From a virus, in the IMG/VR virus record IMGVR_UViG_3300009104_000012, positions 1-64,000 of that record: a stretch of 64,000 bases of DNA; one strand, written 5' to 3'. Each line of letters opens with the position of its first letter. The stretch's first letter is position 1. A program made the translations under genes and the position numbers. Below, piece by piece: positions 1 through 7,920 of this stretch. The notes under the pieces were generated by a model, which saw only the letters and a program-made list of their open reading frames with translations, made no database searches and was not told where the DNA came from.

Positions 1-52
1 GGTTAGGGTTTTGTCTTACTTCATCTGCCATTGTATCTCCAATTCAAATTGT

Positions 53-898
53 TTAAAAATCATTAATGTTAGTCATCATTGATTTCAGTTTATAGTTTAT
101 AAAGTACGGCAATAGTTTGGACCTATTAGGCACTTTATAGCTAGCATACCTATTTATAACCTGATTTTCTATCTCTTTTGGAATTTCAGTAAAGTCAATA
201 AGTTGTTTGTTTCTTTGGTAGTATTGTCTTGTTTCACTACCTAGTGGAATATCGTCTAATTTAGACCATTCTTCCAATCTCTTTTTATTAATAGGTCTTT
301 GTTTTTCTTTAGTTGTGAATATATCACTTGGTGATAGTATATTTGGTATACCATCTGACCTATCTCCTTTAATAATTTGTTGGTGTAAAAACTCTTCAGC
401 GTCCATATCTTCACCTATAAATCTCTTTAATATTGGACTATACTGATATACACCATCAAATTTTTGGAGTTGTATAAAATCTTTATCTCCTGAAATAATA
501 ATATATTTGTCTTCTTTTTGTTGTTTAACTAGTGTGGCAATTATATCATCTGCTTCAGCATTATCTACTGACAAAACCATATATGGTAAATTCTCAGCAA
601 TCTCTTCTTTGATATCCATTATCAATTTAAAAATATTGTCCCAATCTTGTCCTGATTTTTCTCTATTTGCTCTTCGTGTATGTTTGTAATGTGGAAATAC
701 CTTCCTACGCCAAGGAAACTCAGCGTCTGAACATAGTATTTGTTGACCAAACTCTTCTTTAAATTTCAAATTAAAACCTCTAATAGAGTTTAATACCATA
801 TGTCTCACCATTTCTTTATTTGGCTTAACATCATTTTTACCTCTGGTCTGTGCCATAAGGTTTGATATTAATACTTGATTAAGGTCTACTAAAATCAT
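53..898 (-). CDS. rnh: T4-type RNase H (5'-3' exonuclease)
   Basis: MILVDLNQ start, EADDIIA, ISGDKDFIQL and GDRSDGIPNI motifs typical of T4 RNase H. Confidence 0.93.
   Translation of the reverse strand: MILVDLNQVLISNLMAQTRGKNDVKPNKEMVRHMVLNSIRGFNLKFKEEFGQQILCSDAEFPWRRKVFPHYKHTRRANREKSGQDWDNIFKLIMDIKEEIAENLPYMVLSVDNAEADDIIATLVKQQKEDKYIIISGDKDFIQLQKFDGVYQYSPILKRFIGEDMDAEEFLHQQIIKGDRSDGIPNILSPSDIFTTKEKQRPINKKRLEEWSKLDDIPLGSETRQYYQRNKQLIDFTEIPKEIENQVINRYASYKVPNRSKLLPYFINYKLKSMMTNINDF
151..158 (-). promoter_or_regulatory. T4-type late promoter TATAAATA within the 3' end of rnh
   Basis: tatttata on + strand, about 120 nt upstream of the next gene start (ATG near 31). Confidence 0.4.
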
Positions 899-1173
899 TG
901 TTCGTCTCTCATCTTCTCTAATTCTTTATAAGTCTTATTTGGATTTTCTTTAGCAAGTTGGTGTAAATCTTTTTTTTTATTTAAGTGGTCTACAAACACA
1001 GCATTAGCTTTATCATAGTCCAGTTTTTCGTGAGCATATCTTTTTCTGTACCACTCTTTAAATTTTACATCTTTAAAATGCTCTACTATTTGAGCAGCAG
1101 ATACCTGGTCTGACCGAATACAATCAGCAAGGTCTTGGTATTTTTCTTCTTGCTTTTTACTTATCTTCGGCAT
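895..1173 (-). CDS. hypothetical protein
   Basis: 92 aa, overlaps both neighbours; carries a 28-bp copy of sequence found at 4328-4355. Confidence 0.7.
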   Translation of the reverse strand: MPKISKKQEEKYQDLADCIRSDQVSAAQIVEHFKDVKFKEWYRKRYAHEKLDYDKANAVFVDHLNKKKDLHQLAKENPNKTYKELEKMRDEQ

Positions 1174-1426
1174 TTTCTTTTACTCTTCTTTCAGCTTCTT
1201 TAATAATAGCGTGTGTATCAGACACGGTTAATTCAGGCATTTTACCTTCTTCTCTAATCTTATCCATTTCTTTTCTAACATATTCTTGATGTCTAGACTC
1301 TTTCATACCAGCAGCTAATTCTTCCTTCTCTTGTTCAAGTGTTTTTCTCATTTGTTGAGAAGGTGAATATATGTTAGTAAGTTGATTCTCTTCTAATATT
1401 TTTATTGTTTCTTTTTTCTTATTCAC
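1157..1426 (-). CDS. hypothetical protein
   Basis: 89 aa, charged and helical, coupled to neighbours. Confidence 0.65.
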   Translation of the reverse strand: MNKKKETIKILEENQLTNIYSPSQQMRKTLEQEKEELAAGMKESRHQEYVRKEMDKIREEGKMPELTVSDTHAIIKEAERRVKENAEDK

Positions 1427-1701
1427 TTTTTAACTTCAAATATAACCGTTGAATTACCATCATCATCAAAACCACTAGTCTTGAATATAAAATCTTTTCC
1501 ATATTCTTTTCCATCTAATCTGCCTTTTTGATTAGCATAGTTAGCTACTGCTTCAACTACATCATAACCAGCATTTAAACCACCACCTTCGCCATACTCT
1601 TCATTAATTTCTCTTGAATACGACTCTCTATTTGATAGTGTACTGATTTTATGTTCAACTTCTGTACTATCTTTCCATTTATTTTTTACTTCGTATGCCA
1701 T
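1423..1701 (-). CDS. hypothetical protein
   Basis: 92 aa with a GAGGA Shine-Dalgarno (SD) upstream. Confidence 0.75.
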   Translation of the reverse strand: MAYEVKNKWKDSTEVEHKISTLSNRESYSREINEEYGEGGGLNAGYDVVEAVANYANQKGRLDGKEYGKDFIFKTSGFDDDGNSTVIFEVKK

Positions 1702-1718
1702 AATTTCCTCATTGTATC

Positions 1719-1741
1719 TGGAGGCCCATAAAGGGCCTCCA
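1719..1741 (-). terminator. GC-rich hairpin (terminator or RNA-processing stem)
   Basis: TGGAGGCCC-ATAAA-GGGCCTCCA, a perfect 9-bp stem in an intergenic gap; U-tract weak. Confidence 0.6.
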
Positions 1742-1758
1742 AATTGTGTTATTGCCTA

Positions 1759-2106
1759 TTATGCAACATTTGAGTAAGCATAATCTACGCCATATAGTTT
1801 AGTAATACCAGCAGCTATAATAGCTTTTGTTGGTGTACCAATTCTATAAGATGTACCATTAGCACATTTGTTAATATATATCATATTACCTTGCGCTCTT
1901 AGCTTATCAACCATCGCTCTAGGTGATTGTAAATCAAATCTGTTTCTTAAAGTTTTCCAAGAAACTGACTCTCCTCTATTCAAAAGATTTAATACCTTTT
2001 GAGTTTTAGAAAGTCTTTTACGACCTCTAGTAGAAACTGCTTTTTTAGCAACTTTTTTAACTACTAGTTCATCACCTTGAAATAGGTTTTTTATAGTTTT
2101 AAACAT
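1759..2106 (-). CDS. winged-helix DNA-binding protein
   Basis: Basic 115 aa; KTQKVLNLL...SWKTLRNRFDLQSPRAMVDKLRAQG...YRIG pattern resembles a wHTH; SD GAGGAG. Confidence 0.65.
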   Translation of the reverse strand: MFKTIKNLFQGDELVVKKVAKKAVSTRGRKRLSKTQKVLNLLNRGESVSWKTLRNRFDLQSPRAMVDKLRAQGNMIYINKCANGTSYRIGTPTKAIIAAGITKLYGVDYAYSNVA

Positions 2107-2189
2107 ATTTTTCTCCTCTATGTTTAGTTTTCAAATCACTCATCCATTTTACAACCTGACAAGCAAGGCGATTCCGTAAAGGAATTCTG

Positions 2190-2684
2190 TTATGATAAAT
2201 CAAAGTCTGGATCAAAATCTATAAATTCTCCAAATCCGTCCCTTGTATCATCTAATTCTTCTTTAAATTCACCTTTAATTGGTGTTCGTTTTCTTTTATC
2301 ATCTATCACGGTTCCATAATTTACCGTGGCAACTGGTCTTTGATTTTTATATCTTATCTGCACCATCTTATCTGCTAATTTCTGTGCTGGGTGTTCTACT
2401 GCAAAATCTCTATAAATCATACCCCTTAAACAATCAATAACTAATGCTAAGTCTGTTGTAAAAGTATGTACATTTGATTTCATACCCATTTGTACTAATC
2501 GTTTTAATAATTCTATTCCTATATCGTCAATTGAACCTTCAACAAATTCTTTTGTTTGTTCTAATTTAATTCTTCTAGCAGCCTCTGGATCAGGTCCAGT
2601 TTTATCTTTTCTTAATCTCTTATGTAATGGAAATATTACTACGTTGTCTTTAGGCTTGTCTTTATCGTTATCATTTTCCGTCAT
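2190..2684 (-). CDS. conserved phage hypothetical protein
   Basis: ORF track 2190..2711; likely start MTENDN at 2684; DNVVIFP motif. Confidence 0.7.
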   Translation of the reverse strand: MTENDNDKDKPKDNVVIFPLHKRLRKDKTGPDPEAARRIKLEQTKEFVEGSIDDIGIELLKRLVQMGMKSNVHTFTTDLALVIDCLRGMIYRDFAVEHPAQKLADKMVQIRYKNQRPVATVNYGTVIDDKRKRTPIKGEFKEELDDTRDGFGEFIDFDPDFDLS

Positions 2685-2949
2685 TGGTAATCTCACCTTT
2701 GTAATTGACAACGCCTTTATTATTTAAATATTCTATAAGTTGGTTATAACCACCAACTATCTCATCATCAATAACTATTTGTGGCATTGACCTTACTTTT
2801 TTGCCAATGGCTTCTTGTAAGGCGTCAACGCTTTCAAAGTCTTCAAGCTTTCGCTCGGTATACACAAGGCCAAGTCTAGTTAATAGATTCTTCGCCTTGG
2901 TACAATAGACACAATTATTTTTGCTATATACAACAATCTTATTGGTCAT
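2671..2949 (-). CDS. nrdC: glutaredoxin (T4 NrdC-like)
   Basis: YSKNNCVYC active site, SMPQI and VGGY motifs; likely start MTNKIVV at 2949. Confidence 0.9.
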   Translation of the reverse strand: MTNKIVVYSKNNCVYCTKAKNLLTRLGLVYTERKLEDFESVDALQEAIGKKVRSMPQIVIDDEIVGGYNQLIEYLNNKGVVNYKGEITNDGK

Positions 2950-3553
2950 CTGATTTATTAGAGTCTGCCACAAGTTTATCCCAAGCTTCATTAGCTTTTA
3001 GTTTAATATTGTGAGCGTCAACAGCGTCTGCTATATTATAAGCATACAGCTTGTTAAACTCTCCCATTGGTAGAGATAATCCTATCCATACTCTATAATA
3101 ACCATTTTTAGTTAATGTTACGTCTTGAGCAAATATCTCATAACCTCTAACTGGTGTATTTTTAATTATGTTCACTAGAGTTACCTCTACTTCACTAACC
3201 ACCGTTTTCGTATGAGTTTTACCTAATTCGGTAACAAACACTTTAGATTGTTTATTCATTTCACCTTTGATAATGTCAGCAAGTTCTGCTTTCGCTATCA
3301 TCTTACCTTTATCAATAGCAAGTTGAAGGTCTGGACTTACAGCCGTTGCAACTCCAAAAAGACACATTTTTTCATTGTCTTTTTTAGTCCAAGGGCTTAA
3401 ATTACAAGCCTTCTTCTCATCAAAGTCAGCCATATACCATTTTGGTACCGTGTTGACTATTTTAGATGTCTCACTTTTAATCTTATAGTTTCCTCCACTA
3501 CAAGCAGATAAAAGCGTTGTGAATAACAAACCAATTAATAGTTTTTTATACAT
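2939..3553 (-). CDS. lipoprotein, LPP20-like
   Basis: Lipobox LSAC, VPKWY motif, A..KA...AKAELA pattern. Confidence 0.7.
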   Translation of the reverse strand: MYKKLLIGLLFTTLLSACSGGNYKIKSETSKIVNTVPKWYMADFDEKKACNLSPWTKKDNEKMCLFGVATAVSPDLQLAIDKGKMIAKAELADIIKGEMNKQSKVFVTELGKTHTKTVVSEVEVTLVNIIKNTPVRGYEIFAQDVTLTKNGYYRVWIGLSLPMGEFNKLYAYNIADAVDAHNIKLKANEAWDKLVADSNKSDDQ

Positions 3554-3698
3554 TTTTCACACTCCTAATCATATTATACAACAATTCTGCTAGCTTGTCA
3601 ACCAGGTCTTGGTCTTTAATATACTGACCTACGTCAGCAAACGACCAGCCATAAATTATCATACATAGGAGTAAGATTATGATTAAATTTCTAATCAT
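3546..3698 (-). CDS. small membrane or secreted protein (50 aa, not in ORF track)
   Basis: MIRNLIIILLLCMIIYGWSFADVGQY...; exactly fills the gap between its neighbours. Confidence 0.6.
   Translation of the reverse strand: MIRNLIIILLLCMIIYGWSFADVGQYIKDQDLVDKLAELLYNMIRSVKNV
3573..3601 (-). promoter_or_regulatory. sigma70-type early promoter
   Basis: TTGACA-N17-TATAAT, perfect consensus on the minus strand. Confidence 0.8.
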
Positions 3699-4133
3699 TT
3701 ATCGTACCTCCCATTCTCCGTCCTTTGTTAGACATACTTTTCCGAACGATTTAAAAATATGCCCAGGTCTTGAATAAAACCTGCAATATTCTGGTGTTGT
3801 GATGTCTCTATAGTAGAATTGAGCAAACAATTCCCAATAACTTGGGCCTGATACTCCTTCTCTTCCATCACTACACTTTAGAATTTCTTTTTTAATAACG
3901 GTGTCCACACCATTAATATCTTTTTCTATAACCATTTGTACTTCTATAAAACAATAAGCATCCTGCTTATCATAATTAACTACTTTAGGGTAAGTAACCT
4001 TTTCTCCTCCGTGAGCATATTCCCACGTTAATAAAAATGTTATCATTAATAACATTGCAAATAACATTGCTTTAAAAATAAATCTCGGGTCCATTATGGT
4101 TTCTCTATCCATCTTCCATCTGGCATTTGACAA
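3699..4133 (-). CDS. exported Cys-containing protein
   Basis: Hydrophobic N-terminal segment, 4 Cys, C-terminal CR..GKVCL...GEWE resembles the 17-kDa-antigen C-terminal domain. Confidence 0.6.
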   Translation of the reverse strand: MSNARWKMDRETIMDPRFIFKAMLFAMLLMITFLLTWEYAHGGEKVTYPKVVNYDKQDAYCFIEVQMVIEKDINGVDTVIKKEILKCSDGREGVSGPSYWELFAQFYYRDITTPEYCRFYSRPGHIFKSFGKVCLTKDGEWEVR

Positions 4134-4591
4134 GCAGTACCAAATACTACTTCTCTATTCACATTACCAATACCAATCATAGGCCATTGACTTGTTATAT
4201 CAACCGTATGATCATAATCTTTACATTTGATTGCTTCAACCATATATGTTCTTGTTATATGAATTATTCCTGAATTTCCTGTTTTCTGATTGTACCAATT
4301 TGTATAACTTGCTCCATTTGGACTTACATTTAAGTGGTCTACAAACACAGCATTATGAATATCTTTATCTGAATTGTACATTATTTCTGCACCAGCCCAA
4401 GCACCTACTACAGCACAACCAGCAGCCATATAAGCACTTACATTTAATTGTTCTACACATACTGCTGTTGTTGTTGTGGCACCCATAATAGCACCTGTAT
4501 GTGTTCTTTGAGCACAATTAGTTAGTAATAAACTAACTAGTAAAATCCATATTATTTTTCCGAATTTCATCACAAACTTCCTGAGCGTCAA
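4094..4591 (-). CDS. 17-kDa surface-antigen-like lipoprotein (glycine zipper plus RT0821-like domain)
   Basis: Lipobox LTNC, GAIMGA/GAWAGA zipper, WYNQKTGNSG, GTACQMPDGRW. Confidence 0.8.
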   Translation of the reverse strand: MTLRKFVMKFGKIIWILLVSLLLTNCAQRTHTGAIMGATTTTAVCVEQLNVSAYMAAGCAVVGAWAGAEIMYNSDKDIHNAVFVDHLNVSPNGASYTNWYNQKTGNSGIIHITRTYMVEAIKCKDYDHTVDITSQWPMIGIGNVNREVVFGTACQMPDGRWIEKP

Positions 4592-4742
4592 CGCTCTTTA
4601 TCATATAATACTCTTCATTATTATCTATTACATATCGGTTCATCTTTTTTTCCTGCCAGAAAGTATTAGCTCTGGCAGTAATAGGTCTGATTAAATGTGT
4701 GCCGTCATTGGCACTTGTACATACAAAATCACCTTTTATCAT
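4533..4742 (-). CDS. hypothetical protein
   Basis: 69 aa, in operon context. Confidence 0.6.
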   Translation of the reverse strand: MIKGDFVCTSANDGTHLIRPITARANTFWQEKKMNRYVIDNNEEYYMIKSVDAQEVCDEIRKNNMDFTS

Positions 4743-4961
4743 TTAATTATTACCCCAATTAAATAAGTTTTTGATTTTCGCAATTGAATTAGCAACTTGG
4801 TTTTTGCCTTCTTGCCATTTCACTTTTTGAAATTCAACGGTTTCAGCTTTTTCATTAGCAAACCACTTGTTTATTTTATTAATTCTATCTTCTACAGGTC
4901 CTGCACTAGCAGTTCCAGCAAACATAACTAATAAAATTATTGACATTATTACTTTGTTCAT
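4743..4961 (-). CDS. small secreted protein
   Basis: Signal peptide ending ASA; SD AGGAGG. Confidence 0.7.
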   Translation of the reverse strand: MNKVIMSIILLVMFAGTASAGPVEDRINKINKWFANEKAETVEFQKVKWQEGKNQVANSIAKIKNLFNWGNN

Positions 4962-4969
4962 AAGCCTCC

Positions 4970-5230
4970 TTAATGTAATGTTCGATTGATATTATCTGGA
5001 ATATCAAAAGGTTTAATAGAGTCTCTACTATTATAAAATGACTCTACGAAATTATTAAAATCTTCTTCTTTCATTTCAGTTCTTAAAATTCTTAATGCTT
5101 GTCCTAACATTGTTGTTGCAACCATAACTGGTTGTTTTGTCTCAATAGCATTTTTAATAAACACATCAAAGAAATCGTTATATGCTATAACCTGTGGGTC
5201 TTTATTTTTTGTTGTCTTCTTCAATGTCAT
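4970..5230 (-). CDS. hypothetical protein
   Basis: 86 aa, coupled to neighbour. Confidence 0.65.
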   Translation of the reverse strand: MTLKKTTKNKDPQVIAYNDFFDVFIKNAIETKQPVMVATTMLGQALRILRTEMKEEDFNNFVESFYNSRDSIKPFDIPDNINRTLH

Positions 5231-5525
5231 CTTCGTTTTCCTGTTCTCTCATCTTCTCAGCATATGTCTTACCAAATACTGCCATATAAAAAGCGTCTCT
5301 TGGATTTGGTGCTGACCAAGTCTCTAATAATTTCTCAAAATTTATATTAAGATTCTCATAAACTCTTGGTTGTGATTTTTTTGTTTCTATGTGATCTTTA
5401 AAAAATTGTATTCTATTATCGTATGTTTCTTTTTTTCTTTTTTTACCTGTAGTTGTATTAATATCTTTATCGGCTGCTACTTTAAATTCTTGGAATATCA
5501 GCTCTTTATTGTATTGAAATGTCAT
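5202..5525 (-). CDS. hypothetical early protein
   Basis: 107 aa, SD GGGAG, downstream of a perfect sigma70 promoter. Confidence 0.75.
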   Translation of the reverse strand: MTFQYNKELIFQEFKVAADKDINTTTGKKRKKETYDNRIQFFKDHIETKKSQPRVYENLNINFEKLLETWSAPNPRDAFYMAVFGKTYAEKMREQENEDDIEEDNKK

Positions 5526-5556
5526 ATCTCCCTATTGTTTAATTGTTCAACTTACT

Positions 5557-5585
5557 ATTATAATGGAAAACGCTTAAAATGTCAA
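5557..5585 (-). promoter_or_regulatory. sigma70-type early promoter
   Basis: TTGACA-N17-TATAAT. Confidence 0.8.
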
Positions 5586-5707
5586 GCCCGACTAAAAGCC
5601 CTATATTTACTACGTTTTCACGCCAGGAAAGTCTCTCCAAGCACGCTGGAACGCTTTTCCAAGCCGCTTGTGTATGTCTGTATGGCCCTTTTCCTAGCAA
5701 TTCCATA

Positions 5708-6181
5708 CTATTTGCCTATCTTACTTTCGTTCTCCAGTTGTATTGAAACATCTATATCTGACTCTTCTTTTTCTTTAACTTCTTTAAGTTGTTGCAAGTC
5801 ATCTACAGCAGAATCGGTATTACCATTCTGTATATTGTCAATTACATTTTGGATAACGTCTACTTCGTTATTAAAACCATTAATGTTCATAGTGTCCTCC
5901 TTATCTTGTTCTTTATCATAGTTCATTAATAAAATAATGTAGTGTACAGCCTTTAAAAGGTCATTTCTATTAAAACCTTTTTTCTTACCGTATCTCATTA
6001 AATACTTTATAGCATTTCCGTGGCAGAAGTCTCTACCAATATCTAAATCTGTTAAAACATCTTGGATTTGAGCACCAGATTTGGTCGTGTAATGTTGACC
6101 ATATGTTTCTTTTATATATTTTGTAATTTCGTTTAATGTTGTATCTTCGTTATATTTAAATTGTAATGTTGGTTTTCTCAT
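5708..6181 (-). CDS. DUF3310 (SaV-like) protein with acidic C-terminal extension
   Basis: TYGQHY...FCHGNAIKYLMRYGKKKG...DLLKAVHY motifs. Confidence 0.8.
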   Translation of the reverse strand: MRKPTLQFKYNEDTTLNEITKYIKETYGQHYTTKSGAQIQDVLTDLDIGRDFCHGNAIKYLMRYGKKKGFNRNDLLKAVHYIILLMNYDKEQDKEDTMNINGFNNEVDVIQNVIDNIQNGNTDSAVDDLQQLKEVKEKEESDIDVSIQLENESKIGK

Positions 6182-6417
6182 TTGCCTCCTAGGTTTAATA
6201 TCATTTGTCCATTTTTTTCAGTTAAGGAACCGTGTTCTTTTTTTTCGTTTTCTTCTATATACTTTTCAAACTCATCAACTTCGTGTTGATACTTTTTAAG
6301 TAATTCTCTAATTTTACCTCTAGTAATAATCTTTGCTGGGTCATCATCTTTTGATTCAACCGTAAGCATTTTATGTAATAATTCTAATTGTTCTATAAAT
6401 TTTAATATTTCAATCAT
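6178..6417 (-). CDS. hypothetical protein
   Basis: 79 aa, coupled to neighbours. Confidence 0.65.
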   Translation of the reverse strand: MIEILKFIEQLELLHKMLTVESKDDDPAKIITRGKIRELLKKYQHEVDEFEKYIEENEKKEHGSLTEKNGQMILNLGGK

Positions 6418-6569
6418 TAATCCGTATCTCCATCTTTATATAATTCATCTAATATACTTCTTTGTTTCTTTGGTTTAGGTTTACTGCCATAATGATATGC
6501 AATCGCAAACCCTATAATAGTTAATATTATACCAATTGTACCTAATCCTATTCCATAACCTAATGTCAT
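6417..6569 (-). CDS. small membrane protein (50 aa, not in ORF track)
   Basis: MTLGYGIGLGTIGIILTIIGFAIAYHYGSKPKPKK..., one TM then a basic patch; SD GGGAG. Confidence 0.6.
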   Translation of the reverse strand: MTLGYGIGLGTIGIILTIIGFAIAYHYGSKPKPKKQRSILDELYKDGDTD

Positions 6570-6703
6570 TATTCAGTTCTCCCACTTATAATATACCATC
6601 TGAAGCCTTCGTTGTCAAGCATTTGTTTTAATTCCATAACTTTATCTTTGCTTCCATCAAATATAATATAATCGTTATATCTTCTGTATATTACTATTCT
6701 CAT
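6569..6703 (-). CDS. small hypothetical protein (44 aa, not in ORF track)
   Basis: MRIVIYRRYNDYIIFDGSKDKVMELKQML...; stop overlaps the next start (TAATG). Confidence 0.5.
   Translation of the reverse strand: MRIVIYRRYNDYIIFDGSKDKVMELKQMLDNEGFRWYIISGRTE
6590..6618 (-). promoter_or_regulatory. sigma70-type early promoter
   Basis: TTGACA-N17-TATATT. Confidence 0.6.
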
Positions 6704-7115
6704 TTAAAATATTTTTTAAATCGTCTAGTGGTTTTACTTCTTTTTCTTTAGCAACACAATCTCCTTTTTCGTTGATTATGTCATCTTCTAAAGCATAAGT
6801 ATCTATTTCTACAAAGCCATCTTCTTTAGCGTATTCTTCATCTTCATAGCAAACTTTACCAAGATATTCAGTAGTATCTGAATCTGTATAATTAGCGTCT
6901 ACCATATATGTTTCAACACCATTTTTAGCTTCGGTAATATTTTTACCTATTTCTGAATATTCTAAACCACCATCATCACAAAACTTCTTATCAGCTTCAT
7001 CTTTATCTTTAGCCAATACATCTTGTTCTATGCATAATGTATAGTATGTTTTTTTTCTGTATAGGTTTTTACCTAAATCGTCTTTAAATACAGATATGTC
7101 TGTTAATTGACTCAT
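6675..7115 (-). CDS. acidic hypothetical protein
   Basis: 146 aa, SD GGAGG. Confidence 0.7.
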   Translation of the reverse strand: MSQLTDISVFKDDLGKNLYRKKTYYTLCIEQDVLAKDKDEADKKFCDDGGLEYSEIGKNITEAKNGVETYMVDANYTDSDTTEYLGKVCYEDEEYAKEDGFVEIDTYALEDDIINEKGDCVAKEKEVKPLDDLKNILNENSNIQKI

Positions 7116-7351
7116 ATTGTTCCTCCGTTTCTTAAATTTTCTACTTCATTTTCTTTTTCTTTTAATACCATTCCAATCCACTCTTCAGCGTCATCTTCAT
7201 TGTGTATACCTTCAAATCCTAAATCACATTTAGCATTTTTTAATTTATTTAAGGCTGTTTCTTTTGTTATTTCGCCTTCCATTAATTTTCTTTCTACATC
7301 ACCTAGAAAGTTCGTAGCTTCGTCCCAAGCCATATTTTTCACTTTACCCAT
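7112..7351 (-). CDS. hypothetical protein
   Basis: 79 aa with an MGKVKNMAWD start of a type common in small phage early genes. Confidence 0.7.
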   Translation of the reverse strand: MGKVKNMAWDEATNFLGDVERKLMEGEITKETALNKLKNAKCDLGFEGIHNEDDAEEWIGMVLKEKENEVENLRNGGTI

Positions 7352-7353
7352 AA

Positions 7354-7827
7354 TTATTGTAGTCCTTTCATATATTGAGTTTTTTTGTTTAAATTCTTGT
7401 AAGTATATTGATTTGTTAATTCTGGTTCAAAATCATATTTAAAAAATTGTCTACCATTTACTAACTGGCCATAATCATTGAATAATGCATTATCATTACC
7501 AACGGTATCGGTACCAAATTCATCTGAATAAGTTGTATAATATTCATCACCAGTAATAATTTCAACTTTAGTAGTACCAGTAGCATTACTAGCTTTCTCT
7601 ATGTAATTCTTATCACAATAAGCTTTGATTTTATCTTTAAATTTTTGATTGTTTAATTTGTTTAGAAATTTGATTGGAACATTTCTAAAAATAGTATGGT
7701 AAATAAAGAAGAATTGATCGTAATTTTCTTCTGCGTCTTGGTATTCTAAAGCGTAAACCAAGTTAAATGTACCATTTTTTGTCAATTTGTTCATAGTTTT
7801 TTCGTCCATTATGTCTATAGGATACAC
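7354..7827 (-). CDS. hypothetical early protein
   Basis: 157 aa; the real start may be a downstream Met. Confidence 0.7.
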   Translation of the reverse strand: MYPIDIMDEKTMNKLTKNGTFNLVYALEYQDAEENYDQFFFIYHTIFRNVPIKFLNKLNNQKFKDKIKAYCDKNYIEKASNATGTTKVEIITGDEYYTTYSDEFGTDTVGNDNALFNDYGQLVNGRQFFKYDFEPELTNQYTYKNLNKKTQYMKGLQ

Positions 7828-7898
7828 TATCCACCAATGGAGTCAAGCACTTTTTTCAATAAAAAAGTCAATAAAATCAACGATTTCTAAATTATTTT

Positions 7899-7913
7899 GT
7901 TCTGGTTTTGTTC
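7899..7913. promoter_or_regulatory. putative alphaproteobacterial LexA (SOS) box
   Basis: GTTC-TGGTTTT-GTTC matches GTTC-N7-GTTC, intergenic and upstream of TTGACT-type promoters. Confidence 0.5.
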
Positions 7914-7920
7914 TAAAAGT

